The position numbers and the translations under genes were made by a program. Shown here piece by piece: positions 51,432 through 60,371 of a stretch of 64,000 nt of DNA. Source of the DNA: Pseudonocardiaceae bacterium. Its GTDB lineage: Bacteria > Actinomycetota > Actinomycetes > Mycobacteriales > Pseudonocardiaceae. How positions within the stretch are numbered: the first letter of the stretch is position 1; each line of letters opens with the position of its first letter. The notes beneath the pieces were generated by a model. That model saw nothing but the letters and a program-made list of their open reading frames with translations. It ran no database searches and was not told where the DNA came from. The stretch covers positions 9,856-73,855 of the forward strand of contig DASUVX010000031.1 of the NCBI GenBank assembly GCA_036378735.1, written 5' to 3'.

Positions 51432-52583
51432 CTAACCCTCGATAGTGCGCTCGACGCGGCGCAGGGCCTCGCGCAGGAGAGGCAACGAGGTGCCGTGATT
51501 GAGCCGGATCCGCCCAACTCCCTGGTCGGCGGGCAGCGCGAATTCGTGTCCTGGGCTGACCGCGAGGCGCCCTTGTTCGAGCAACAGCCGGGCTGGGTCG
51601 TCACCGAGCCCGGCATCGCGCAGATCCAACCAGGCCAGGTAACCCGCCATGCCGGGATGCGCCCGTACCCCAGGCGTGCGCCGCACCCAGGCGGCCAGCT
51701 CGGCGCGAGTCCGATCCAGGTGCAGCCGCAGCTCGTCGAGCCAGCCACCATCATCGACCCAGGCGGCGATGCTGGCGGCGACTCCAGGTACCGACGCGCG
51801 CAGCCGCTCGTACCGCGGCACCGCGTCGACGACCCGCGCGGTACCCGGCTGGGCTTGAAGCAGCGCGCACTTCAACCCGGGCACGTTCCAACCCTTGGAG
51901 ATGCTGGTGACGGTCACCGCGTGGGCAGCAGCCGGTGGCGAGCTGGCCGCGTACGGGGTGAACTTGAGGTCGCTGGCCAGCAACGGAGCGTGCACCTCAT
52001 CGGACACCACCTGAGCGCCTCGCGTCTCCACGATCTCCGAAACGGCCGCCAGCTCTTCGCTGCTGAACACCCGGCCGGTCGGATTGTGCGGGTGGCACAG
52101 CAATAACCCGCGCGCGCTGCCACTTAGCGCGTCATCCAGCCGCTGCAGGTCCAATGCCCAGCCCTGCGGCCGGTCCAGCAGCGGCCACGGCACCGCGACG
52201 CGGCCCAGCGCCTGGAGCAGAGCGAAAAACGGTGGGTACGCCGGAGTGAGCAGCACGACGCCGTCGCCCGGCTCGGTCAACACCCGCAGGGACGCTTCGA
52301 TCCCGGCCATCACATCGGCTACCGGGCAGGCCAGCGCGGGATCGGGCCACCAGCCCTGATAGCGCGCCGCCCAGCTGGCGAATGCCTCGGCCAGACCCAC
52401 CGGTTCGGAATAACCCAGGTCGTGTGCATCGAGTGCCCCACGGGCCGCCTCGAATACCGGGCGGGCCAGCGGAAAATCCATCTCCGCAACCCAGGCAGGC
52501 AGCACGTCGGGTGGGTAACGGGACCACTTCATCGTCCGGCGCGCGCGGAGGGCCTCAAGACTGAGCGCATCGAATCCCACCAA
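51432..52583 (-). CDS. PLP-dependent aminotransferase class I/II, MalY/PatB-type C-S lyase
   Basis: RRTMKWSRYP ... LPAWVAEMDF ... CHPHNPTGRVF ... SISKGWNVPGLK (PLP lysine). Confidence 0.8.
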   Translation of the reverse strand: MVGFDALSLEALRARRTMKWSRYPPDVLPAWVAEMDFPLARPVFEAARGALDAHDLGYSEPVGLAEAFASWAARYQGWWPDPALACPVADVMAGIEASLRVLTEPGDGVVLLTPAYPPFFALLQALGRVAVPWPLLDRPQGWALDLQRLDDALSGSARGLLLCHPHNPTGRVFSSEELAAVSEIVETRGAQVVSDEVHAPLLASDLKFTPYAASSPPAAAHAVTVTSISKGWNVPGLKCALLQAQPGTARVVDAVPRYERLRASVPGVAASIAAWVDDGGWLDELRLHLDRTRAELAAWVRRTPGVRAHPGMAGYLAWLDLRDAGLGDDPARLLLEQGRLAVSPGHEFALPADQGVGRIRLNHGTSLPLLREALRRVERTIEG

Positions 52584-52668
52584 AATTATCTACCCATGCT
52601 GAGGCGGTAAGCACCAGTGAGCGGCGGGGAATTCGATCTGGGTACCTCCAGCTTGTTCACAGCGGGCG

Positions 52669-53889
52669 TCAGGCGTTTGAGGGGTTGCGCAGCGCCACGA
52701 CAGGGCCGATCACCACGATGGCGGGCGGGCGGATAACGGCTGCGGCGACGCGGTCGGCCGCTTCGCGCAGCGTGCAGCGCACCACCCGCTGGCCACGCAG
52801 GGTGCCGTCGGCGATGACCGCGACCGGGGTGTCCGGCGGCCTGCCGCAGGTGATCAGCGTCTCGGCGAACACGCCGATTCGCTCCACCGCCATCAGCAGC
52901 ACCAGGGTGCCGCGCAGCCGGCCGAGCGCCGGCCAGTCCACCAGGCAGGTCGGATCGTCTGGCGCCACATGCCCAGACACGACGACGAACTCGTGGGTCA
53001 CCGCGCGGTGCGTCACCGGGATCCCCGCCGCGGCCGGCACGGCGATGGCGCTGGTGATCCCGGGGACCACGGTGACCGGTACCCCGGCGTCCGCGCAGGC
53101 CAGCACTTCCTCGAAGCCGCGCCCGAAGACGTAGGGGTCACCGCCTTTGAGGCGCACCACGAACCGGCCGGCTCGGGCGTGTTCGATCAATTGAGCGTTG
53201 ATCTGCTCCTGGGCCATCGCGCGGCCGTAGGGCACCTTCGCCGCGTCGATCACCGTGACGTGCCCGCCGAGCTCGTCGAGCAGTTCGCGGGGCGCGAGCC
53301 GATCTGCCAGCACCACGTCGGCGCGGGCCAGCAGCCGGCGCCCCCGCACGGTGATCAAATCCGGATCGCCGGGCCCAGCGCCCACCAGCGCCACTCCCGG
53401 CGTCGTGACGTGGTCTTCGGCGTCCGGCGCGTCGTCCACTATCCCGGTGCGCAGAGCGTCGACCAGCGCATCCCGGACGGCGGCGGAACGGCGCGGGCGG
53501 CGCCCGGCCAGCACACCGATGAGCAACCCGTCGTGTTCGCCGGTGGCGGCGGTGACCGCACTACCACCGGTGGCGTCGTCCGCGCGCACGCAGAACACCC
53601 GCCGCCGCTGCGCCTCGGCGGCCACCGCTGCGTTCACCGCGCGATCGGAGCTACATGCCAGCGCATACCAGGCGCCCTCCAGGTCTCCGTCGGCGTAGCC
53701 GCGCACCTCCCAGCGCAGCTCCCCCGCAGTGGCCATCGCCTCCACCGCTGGGGTGGCCTCAGGAGCGACGAGCAGCACGTCTGCGCCGGCCCCGATCAGC
53801 CGCGGTAGCCGCCGCTGCGCAACCGTGCCGGCGCCGACCACCACGACCCGGCGCCCGGTCAGATCCAGCCCGACCAGGTATGGCGTCAC
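52669..53889 (-). CDS. cysG: Siroheme-synthase-like bifunctional protein: precorrin-2 dehydrogenase/ferrochelatase N-domain plus uroporphyrinogen-III C-methyltransferase
   Basis: N-terminal GRRVVVVGAGTVAQRRL and a C-terminal SUMT domain (LVGAGPGDPDLITVRG, RLKGGDPYVFGRG, GIPVTHR). GTG 53889 forms a GTGA overlap with the cobH stop. Confidence 0.85.
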   Translation of the reverse strand: MTPYLVGLDLTGRRVVVVGAGTVAQRRLPRLIGAGADVLLVAPEATPAVEAMATAGELRWEVRGYADGDLEGAWYALACSSDRAVNAAVAAEAQRRRVFCVRADDATGGSAVTAATGEHDGLLIGVLAGRRPRRSAAVRDALVDALRTGIVDDAPDAEDHVTTPGVALVGAGPGDPDLITVRGRRLLARADVVLADRLAPRELLDELGGHVTVIDAAKVPYGRAMAQEQINAQLIEHARAGRFVVRLKGGDPYVFGRGFEEVLACADAGVPVTVVPGITSAIAVPAAAGIPVTHRAVTHEFVVVSGHVAPDDPTCLVDWPALGRLRGTLVLLMAVERIGVFAETLITCGRPPDTPVAVIADGTLRGQRVVRCTLREAADRVAAAVIRPPAIVVIGPVVALRNPSNA

Positions 53890-54476
53890 GGCACCGGCTG
53901 CCGGCACAGCAGCGCATTGACCACCGCGGCAGCGACCGCGGTGCCGCCCTTGGCGCTGCGGTTGGACAGCGCCGGCAGGCCCGACTCCCGCAAAGCCGCC
54001 TTCGCAGCGGCCGCGTCGACGAACCCGACCGGCAGCCCGATCACCAGCACAGGATGGAGCACTCCCTCCGCGGCGAGGCGGATCAGCTCGCGCAGCGCGG
54101 TCGGCGCGTTGCCTACCGCCCACACCGCGTCCTGGGGATGCCGCGCCGCGGCCGCCCGGATTCCCGCCGCGGAGCGCGTCAGTCCGGGCATCGGCGCCGG
54201 CGCCAGGTCCAGCGCGACCACACTTTCGCGCGAAGTGACACCGGCAGCGAGCATCCGGACATCAACCACCAACGGCGCGCCCATAGCCAGCGCCTGCTGC
54301 CCCGCCCGCAGGGCGTCCTCGTCACAGCACAGATCGGTCGCGTAGGCCAGGTCCGCGCTGGCGTGGATCACGCGCTCGGTCACCGCACGGCTGACTCGCG
54401 GTAGCCGCGTGGTGTCCACCTGGGACCGGAGTATCCGGTATGACTCGACCTCGATCGGGTGCGCGGTCCACGCCAT
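53886..54476 (-). CDS. cobH: Precorrin-8X methylmutase (CobH/CbiC)
   Basis: IEVESYRIL ... VIHASADL ... VGNAPTAL ... GLPVGFV. ATG 54476 follows GGAGG. Confidence 0.85.
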   Translation of the reverse strand: MAWTAHPIEVESYRILRSQVDTTRLPRVSRAVTERVIHASADLAYATDLCCDEDALRAGQQALAMGAPLVVDVRMLAAGVTSRESVVALDLAPAPMPGLTRSAAGIRAAAARHPQDAVWAVGNAPTALRELIRLAAEGVLHPVLVIGLPVGFVDAAAAKAALRESGLPALSNRSAKGGTAVAAAVVNALLCRQPVP

Positions 54477-54578
54477 GTCGCCTCCTCTGGTAGTTCTCTG
54501 GCGACGCCTCGGCACCGCGTACAGCTTGCCGTCACAATGGTGCTGCATTGAAGGTGGCGGGCTGAACGGAGACCGTGG

Positions 54579-54821
54579 ATGGATCTCGATGATCACGACG
54601 ACGACCTTGCCACCCAGTATGTGCTGGCCCGGCGCCTGCGTCCGGACCTCGAGGGAGAAGAACTCGCCCGCCTGATCGTCTCTAGACTCGACGAGGATCA
54701 GCTACTGAACCTCGCCGGGGACGCGCTGACATGGGCACAGCACCCGACCGACCGTCAAGAATTGGCGATGCACTACGTAAAGAACTTCGTGCTCGCTATG
54801 GAAAGTGACCCCGACGGGTAA
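54579..54821 (+). CDS. Small acidic hypothetical protein (80 aa)
   Basis: ATG follows GGAGA and the stop is TAA. The third position is mostly G/C but with more A/T-ending codons than the neighbours. No family recognised. Confidence 0.45.
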   Translation: MDLDDHDDDLATQYVLARRLRPDLEGEELARLIVSRLDEDQLLNLAGDALTWAQHPTDRQELAMHYVKNFVLAMESDPDG

Positions 54822-54865
54822 GGAATCTCTCTCGCTCTGCACATTCCGGGTGGCACGATACAGCC

Positions 54866-55510
54866 ATGCAAGCCGGGGGTGATCGATCTGGCAGGCGTCG
54901 GCGACGGCCGACGTTAGTCGCGGTCGGCGCTGTCCTGGTCCTGCTGCCGATCGGCCATCTGGACCCCGAATTCAGCCGGCTCGCGCCCGTGGCCTGGTAC
55001 AGCAGTCCGAAACCGGTCGTCGTGTTCGGCAGCGGCACCCTCACCATGCCGAACCGCACCTCAAAGGCGATCACTTACGACCCCGATCTGGCGCCCATCG
55101 GAGCCGCCATGACGGCCACCATCATCCCGACCTCGGAAGGGTCCACGGCTCAGCTCACGGTGCTCGGGCTGCTGCCTGACCGCGGGTACACGGTGTACGC
55201 CTACGACAAGGCTTGCGGGGCCACTCCTGGCGCGGCCGGCGCGCGTTTCCAGTATCACCTTGATCCTGCGGCGACGTCTGCAGCGCTATCGGCTGACCCC
55301 GAATACGACAACCCGGACAACGAGATCTGGCTCGACGTGCGGACCGACGACGCCGGAACCGGCACCTCGGCCACCACCATTCCCTTCGTCCTCACCGACC
55401 GCGTACCGCGTTCGTTCGTGGTGCACGACGCGATGCACACCCCCAAAGACCCTGCGCACGCAGCGGACACCGGTGCCCGCATCGCCTGCCTCACCCTGTC
55501 TCCGCGGTGA
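54866..55510 (+). CDS. Exported Cu,Zn-superoxide-dismutase-fold protein with degenerate metal ligands
   Basis: Basic N-terminus RRRRRP plus a TM/signal segment. The C-terminal G-x-R-I-A-C-L-T-L and FVVHD resemble SodC signatures, but the H-x-H copper site reads YAY. Confidence 0.6.
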   Translation: MQAGGDRSGRRRRRPTLVAVGAVLVLLPIGHLDPEFSRLAPVAWYSSPKPVVVFGSGTLTMPNRTSKAITYDPDLAPIGAAMTATIIPTSEGSTAQLTVLGLLPDRGYTVYAYDKACGATPGAAGARFQYHLDPAATSAALSADPEYDNPDNEIWLDVRTDDAGTGTSATTIPFVLTDRVPRSFVVHDAMHTPKDPAHAADTGARIACLTLSPR

Positions 55511-55523
55511 ATGGGATGGCCTC

Positions 55524-56348
55524 ATGCCACCGGCCACTGGACTGATCTCGTTCGTGGGTGCCGGACCCGGCGCAGCCGACCTGCTCACCCTCCGCGGCGC
55601 GAACCGGCTCGCCGCTGCGGATCTGGTGATCTGGGCGTCGTCGCTGGTGCCCGCCGAGGTGCTGACCCACTGCCGCGACGGGGTCGAAGTCCACGACTCG
55701 GCGGGCATGACGTTGGAGGACGTTCTGGCGGTGTACGCGGCGCACCCGGACGCCATGATCGTGCGGCTGCATTCGGGAGATGTCTCGCTGTATTCCGCGC
55801 TGACCGAGCAGCTGTCCTGGTGCCGGGAACAGCACCGGGCATTCGAGATAGTCCCGGGGGTCGGCTCGCTGGCCGCCGCTGCGGCCACCGCCGGGGTAGA
55901 GCTCACGGTGCCCGGAGTGGCCCAGAGCACCGTGCTCACCCGGCTCGGTGGGGGCCGGACCGCAACGTCGATGCCGTCCGGCGAGAGTGTCGCCGGCTTC
56001 GCCCGCCATGCGACCACCATGGCCATCTATCTGTCGGCGGCCCGGCCAGACACGTTGCGCCAGGAGCTGCTGGCCGGCTACCCACCGCAGACACCCGCCG
56101 TTGTGGTCGCGAAAGCCAGCTGGCCGGACGAGACCGTGATCACCACGACGGTGGACGGCCTAGCCGAAGCGCTCGGCGGATCGGGGATCCGCACCGCCGC
56201 GCTGGTACTGGTAGGGCCGGCGCTGGCAGGCGCCGGTTCCCGCAGCCGGCTCTACGACCCCAGCTACTCGCACGGATGCCGCCGCCGCTCGGCACCGGGC
56301 AGCACGTCGGGGCGGCCCATCCCGCCGGCAAAGCGCAAGTCCCCGTAG
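55524..56348 (+). CDS. cobM: Precorrin-4 C11-methyltransferase (CobM/CbiF)
   Basis: ISFVGAGPGAADLLTLRG ... RLHSGDVSLYSA ... VPGVGS. The start was set to ATG 55524. Confidence 0.85.
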   Translation: MPPATGLISFVGAGPGAADLLTLRGANRLAAADLVIWASSLVPAEVLTHCRDGVEVHDSAGMTLEDVLAVYAAHPDAMIVRLHSGDVSLYSALTEQLSWCREQHRAFEIVPGVGSLAAAAATAGVELTVPGVAQSTVLTRLGGGRTATSMPSGESVAGFARHATTMAIYLSAARPDTLRQELLAGYPPQTPAVVVAKASWPDETVITTTVDGLAEALGGSGIRTAALVLVGPALAGAGSRSRLYDPSYSHGCRRRSAPGSTSGRPIPPAKRKSP

Positions 56349-56364
56349 TTCGGCCCGGCGCAAG

Positions 56365-57813
56365 TCAACGGCCTTGGCTCAGCGCGCACAGCGCGGACTG
56401 GGCGGCGTTGAACCCGCTCATGCAGTGCACGCCGGCGCCTGGTGGGGTGGCTGCGGAGCAGAGGTAGACGCCGGGGATTCCGGTCCAGTAGGGGTCGAGT
56501 GCGGCCCTGGGTCGCAGCACGAGTTGCCGTGCGCTGTTGAGGCCACCGACAATGTCGCCGCCGATGAGATTGGCGTTGTGGGTAGCCAGTGCGGCCGTCG
56601 ACCGGCTGGTGCGGGCGATCACACGAGCCCGGAAACCCGGCGCGAACCGCTCGATCTGATTGGTTATGGCCTCAGTCGCGTCGCCCGGGTAGGCGTGCGG
56701 AACGTGGGCGTAGGCGTAGACAGGGTGGACGTCGCCGGCCGACCGGCTGGGATCAGCCAAGTACTGCTGCCCCACCAGGACAAACGGCCGCGCCGGCATC
56801 CCACCTCGGTGGGTTGTCCGCTCGGCCGCCGCGACCTGCTCGAAGGTGCCACCGAGATGCACGGTCCCGGCGCGACGGCAGTCCTCGTTTTTCCAGGGCA
56901 CCCCGCCCTGCACCGCGAAATCGACCTTGAACGCGGCCGGGCCGTGCCGCCAGCGCCGGTAGGCGCGGCGCACCTGCGGCGGAAGGAGATCGCCGGCGAC
57001 CTCGAGCACCGTGCCGGGCATGAGGTCCAGCATAACGATCTCCGCTGGTAAGAGTTCCGCCAGCGAGCGCACCCGGACCCCGGTCTCGATCTCGGCGCCG
57101 AGCGTGCGCAGCACGGCCGCCAGCGCGTTCGTGATCGCCTGGGAGCCGCCCTCAGCGACCGGCCAGCCGTAACGATGCCCGACGGAGATGATCATCGTAC
57201 CGATCGAGGGCACCAGTAGCCGGTTGAAAGGATGGAACGCATGCGCGACGTTCCCGCTGTACAGCGCTCGTGCCTGGGCCGTGGTCAGCAACCTGGCAAC
57301 CGATGTGGCCGAAGGCAGCACCCGCAGGGCGAAACGGGCCAACGTCACGGTATGGCGTGGGACATGCATGATCGGCTGGAGAACCTCGACTAGAAGATCG
57401 TCGACTGCGGGTACCAGCGGACCGAACAGGCGCAGCCAGGTGTCACCGTCGGCCCCGAGACCAGCCGCGGTCTGATCGATCGACCGATACAGCGCGGCCG
57501 CCGATCCACAGTCCAGCGGATGTGCGCAGTCGATCTCGGGCCAGAGCCAGGTAAGTCCGAAGCGCTCCAGCCCCAGGCTGCGCAGGAACGGCGAGGCCGC
57601 GCCCATGGGATGAATGCCGGCACACTCGTCGTGCAGCACACCGGGGACGGTGAGCTCACTGCTTTTGGCCCCACCGCCGATCCGGTCGTCGGCCTCCAGA
57701 ACAGTGACCTCGATACCACCCCGCGCCAGCGCCACGGCCGCCGCCAACCCGTTCGGGCCGGCGCCGACCACAACGGCGTTGGTCACCGGCCGGCGCGGTC
57801 CGACGCCGCCCAC
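56365..57813 (-). CDS. FAD/NAD(P)-dependent oxidoreductase, phytoene-desaturase/amine-oxidase-like
   Basis: Dinucleotide fold VVVGAGPNGLAAAVALARGGIEVTVLEA. About 480 aa. The start is uncertain (GTG 57813 or 57786). The N-terminal ~110 codons of the track ORF were dropped. Confidence 0.68.
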   Translation of the reverse strand: MGGVGPRRPVTNAVVVGAGPNGLAAAVALARGGIEVTVLEADDRIGGGAKSSELTVPGVLHDECAGIHPMGAASPFLRSLGLERFGLTWLWPEIDCAHPLDCGSAAALYRSIDQTAAGLGADGDTWLRLFGPLVPAVDDLLVEVLQPIMHVPRHTVTLARFALRVLPSATSVARLLTTAQARALYSGNVAHAFHPFNRLLVPSIGTMIISVGHRYGWPVAEGGSQAITNALAAVLRTLGAEIETGVRVRSLAELLPAEIVMLDLMPGTVLEVAGDLLPPQVRRAYRRWRHGPAAFKVDFAVQGGVPWKNEDCRRAGTVHLGGTFEQVAAAERTTHRGGMPARPFVLVGQQYLADPSRSAGDVHPVYAYAHVPHAYPGDATEAITNQIERFAPGFRARVIARTSRSTAALATHNANLIGGDIVGGLNSARQLVLRPRAALDPYWTGIPGVYLCSAATPPGAGVHCMSGFNAAQSALCALSQGR

Positions 57814-58096
57814 TCCAGCCGGCGATACGGGTGCAGCACGTCGCCTCCATCGGGTAGACCGCCTTTTCCGGCGCGATTGTTCATGGTGAGCGCCTGGAGA
57901 GGCGGCGGACCCGCGACGGCTTTTGTGACGGGTTGGAGTTACCGAAGCACGGCTACACTTTGTGCGCTGGTTGGGCGAGCGCACCATCACGGGTGCGATG
58001 ATCATACCCTTCGCCGGGGAGATGGGCGGGCGTGACGCTGGATCAGGTGCCTTGGATGTACGCGACGCTCCTGGACGCAGCGATCGTGCGGCTACC

Positions 58097-58846
58097 GTGA
58101 CGGGCGCGCTTGCCGTCGTCGGTCTGGGTCCGGGTGGTCCTGCCCATCGCACCCGGGCCGCAGAGGACGCTGTCCGGGACGCCCAGGTTGTGCTCGGATA
58201 CCAGGCTTACCTGGCGGCTTGCACGGATCTCACCGGCCCACACCAGAGCGTGGTGCCCAGTGGCATCGGCGCCGAGCAGCAACGCGTCGACGATGCGGTG
58301 CGTGCCGCGGCTGGCGGCGCCAGAGTGGCGCTGGTGTCCTCCGGTGACGCCGGGATCTACGGGATGGCTTCACTGGCCCTGACCACCGCCGCCGCGCTAC
58401 CGCCGGAGCGGCGTCCTGCAGTGCGCGTGGTACCCGGTATTACCGCGGCAGTCGCGGCTGCGGCGTTGCTAGGCGCTCCGCTAGCCCGCGACTTCGCCTG
58501 CTTGACCCTGTCCGATCTGCTCGCCCCCTGGGAAGCCGTCGAAACGCGACTGCGCGCGGTGGCCGCCGCGGACCTGGTACTGGCGTTGTACAACCCCCGC
58601 TCCCGGGACCGGTCGTGGCAACTGGGCCGGGCATGCGATGTCCTGGCCGAATACCGGCCCGGTCACACCCCGGTCGGGCTGGTCACCAACGCGGGACGGG
58701 ACAGTGAGCAGGTGGAGCTGACCACGCTGGCCACGCTGGACCCAGCCAAGGCCGGGATGCACACGGTCGTGATCGTCGGCGGCGCCACCACCCGCCGGCT
58801 CGGTGACTGGCTGGTGACCGCCCGGTCCCTCGGTGCGCAGCCGTGA
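58097..58846 (+). CDS. cobJ: Precorrin-3B C17-methyltransferase (CobJ/CbiH)
   Basis: VVGLGPGGP ... SSGDAGIYGMAS ... DFACLTLSDLLAPWE ... ALYNPRSRDR. Start at GTG 58097 (alternative ATG 58022). Confidence 0.82.
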   Translation: MTGALAVVGLGPGGPAHRTRAAEDAVRDAQVVLGYQAYLAACTDLTGPHQSVVPSGIGAEQQRVDDAVRAAAGGARVALVSSGDAGIYGMASLALTTAAALPPERRPAVRVVPGITAAVAAAALLGAPLARDFACLTLSDLLAPWEAVETRLRAVAAADLVLALYNPRSRDRSWQLGRACDVLAEYRPGHTPVGLVTNAGRDSEQVELTTLATLDPAKAGMHTVVIVGGATTRRLGDWLVTARSLGAQP

Positions 58847-58865
58847 CCGCCGCGGAGGCGGCATC

Positions 58866-59600
58866 ATGACCGTTTACCTGGTGGGTGCCGGACCCGGCGA
58901 TCCAGAGTTGCTCACCCGCCGCGGTGCGGCGTTACTGGCCGCAGCCGAGCACGTGGTGTACGACCGTCCCTCGATGGCCGAGATTTTGGCACTCGCGCCG
59001 GGCGCCACAAGGCACTGCGTCGGCAAGCAGGGCGCCACCCCGGCACCACCGCAGCACGAGATCAACGCCCTGCTCATCGAGCTCGGCAGGACCGGGGCCT
59101 GCGTGGTGCGGCTGAAATCAGGTGACCCGTTCGTGGTGTCCCGCGGCGGGGAAGAAGCGGTGGCACTGGCCAACGCCGGAGTGGACGTCGACGTGGTGCC
59201 CGGGGTGTCCGCTGCGGTGGCCGCACCGGCCGCGGCTGGCATCCCGGTGATGATCCGCCAGCGCACCCGCACGCTGACCGTGATCGCCGGCAATGACGAC
59301 GTCGAACAGGTGGATTGGGACGCGGTGGCCCGCCTGGGCGGCACGGTGGTGCTGCTCACCGGGCGCGCGGTGCTGCATCACGTGCTCGCCGCGCTACGCG
59401 CGGGTGGGATGGCGCCCGACACTCCGGTCGCCGCGATCAGCGCCGCCACCCGCCCGCAACAGCGCACCGTCCGCGGCACCTTGGCGCAGCCGCCATCGGC
59501 CCGGCTGCCTGCGCCGCTGACCGTGGTGATCGGCGAGGTCGCGGCTCTGGACGTCATCGCTTCGACCGTCGCGGCCGGGGTGAACTATGCGCAGTCCTGA
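58866..59600 (+). CDS. Second SUMT-family tetrapyrrole methyltransferase (CobA-like, divergent)
   Basis: VYLVGAGPGDPELLTRRG ... RLKSGDPFVVSRGGEE ... VPGVSA. The usual GIPxTHR region reads GIPVMIRQR. ATG 58866 follows GGAGG. Confidence 0.72.
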   Translation: MTVYLVGAGPGDPELLTRRGAALLAAAEHVVYDRPSMAEILALAPGATRHCVGKQGATPAPPQHEINALLIELGRTGACVVRLKSGDPFVVSRGGEEAVALANAGVDVDVVPGVSAAVAAPAAAGIPVMIRQRTRTLTVIAGNDDVEQVDWDAVARLGGTVVLLTGRAVLHHVLAALRAGGMAPDTPVAAISAATRPQQRTVRGTLAQPPSARLPAPLTVVIGEVAALDVIASTVAAGVNYAQS

Positions 59601-59618
59601 CAGCCGCTTGGTGGCGTT

Positions 59619-60371
59619 GTGAGTGCGACGCACCAAGGCCTGCTCGTCCCCGCCGACACCCCGGTGCACCGGCTGGCACCACAGTGCAAGGTGGCTGCCA
59701 CCGTGCTGTTCGTGCTGACCGTCGCGTGCACGCCGGCTGGCGCGTACCGGCCCTACCTGTGCGACCTGCTGCTGCTCACCGCGGTCGCCACGCTGGCCCG
59801 GCTGCCACCGTTGACCCTGGCACGCCGGCTGCTGGTGGAAGTGCCGTTCGTACTGTTTGTGCTGGTATTGCCGGTGCTCGACGGGCCACCGCGGCTGACG
59901 GTAGTCGGTATCGCCTTGTCGGTGCCCGGGCTGCACGCTGCGGCAACCATCACGCTCAAGGCGACGTTCGGGCTGCTCGCCACCGGGATCCTGGCCGCCA
60001 CCACGCCACTGCCGGAGATCATCACGGGGCTGGAGCGGTTGCGGGTGCCGCGGGTGTTCACCGCGGTCGCCGCGTTCATGGTGCGTTACCTCGACGTACT
60101 GGCGGCCGAGCTGGCTCGGATGCGTACCGCGGCGCTGTGCCGAGGGGGCGATCCGCGATGGCTCTGGCACATCCGCGACGTGACAGCCGGGCTCGGCGCA
60201 CTCGTCGTGCGCTCCTTCGAGCGAGGCGAGCGGGTGCATCTCGCGATGGCCTCCCGCGGGTACACCGCAACCTTGCCGGCCGCGCTGACCGGGGCTGCGG
60301 CGCCTCGACGTGCGTGGGCCGGTTCGCTGGCCGTGCCTGCGCTGGCCGCGATCGGGCTGGCCCTGGCATGA
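59619..60371 (+). CDS. cbiQ: ECF-transporter transmembrane (T) component CbiQ/EcfT
   Basis: 250 aa, polytopic, PVHRL.P..K ... ARMRTAALCRGG (the Arg-rich coupling-helix region typical of EcfT). Confidence 0.78.
   Translation: MSATHQGLLVPADTPVHRLAPQCKVAATVLFVLTVACTPAGAYRPYLCDLLLLTAVATLARLPPLTLARRLLVEVPFVLFVLVLPVLDGPPRLTVVGIALSVPGLHAAATITLKATFGLLATGILAATTPLPEIITGLERLRVPRVFTAVAAFMVRYLDVLAAELARMRTAALCRGGDPRWLWHIRDVTAGLGALVVRSFERGERVHLAMASRGYTATLPAALTGAAAPRRAWAGSLAVPALAAIGLALA

Noticed and set aside
54477-54578. A cobalamin riboswitch upstream of cobH, and similarly upstream of cobJ (57814-58096).
   Set aside because: I looked for the conserved GCCACTG core and the B12 box (AGYCMGGAGACCKGCC-like). 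Only fragmentary similarities were found: GGAGACC next to a start codon at ~54568, and GGTGAG...GCGGACCCGCGACGG at ~57884-57920. The cobH spacer is also too short. A cmsearch with RF00174 would settle it. I do not claim one.
59315-60367. The N-terminal 351 codons of the 914-aa plus-strand ORF.
   Set aside because: This part overlaps the well-supported cobA-like and cbiQ genes in other frames and is Arg/Gly/Ala-rich nonsense. The real gene starts at ATG 60368.
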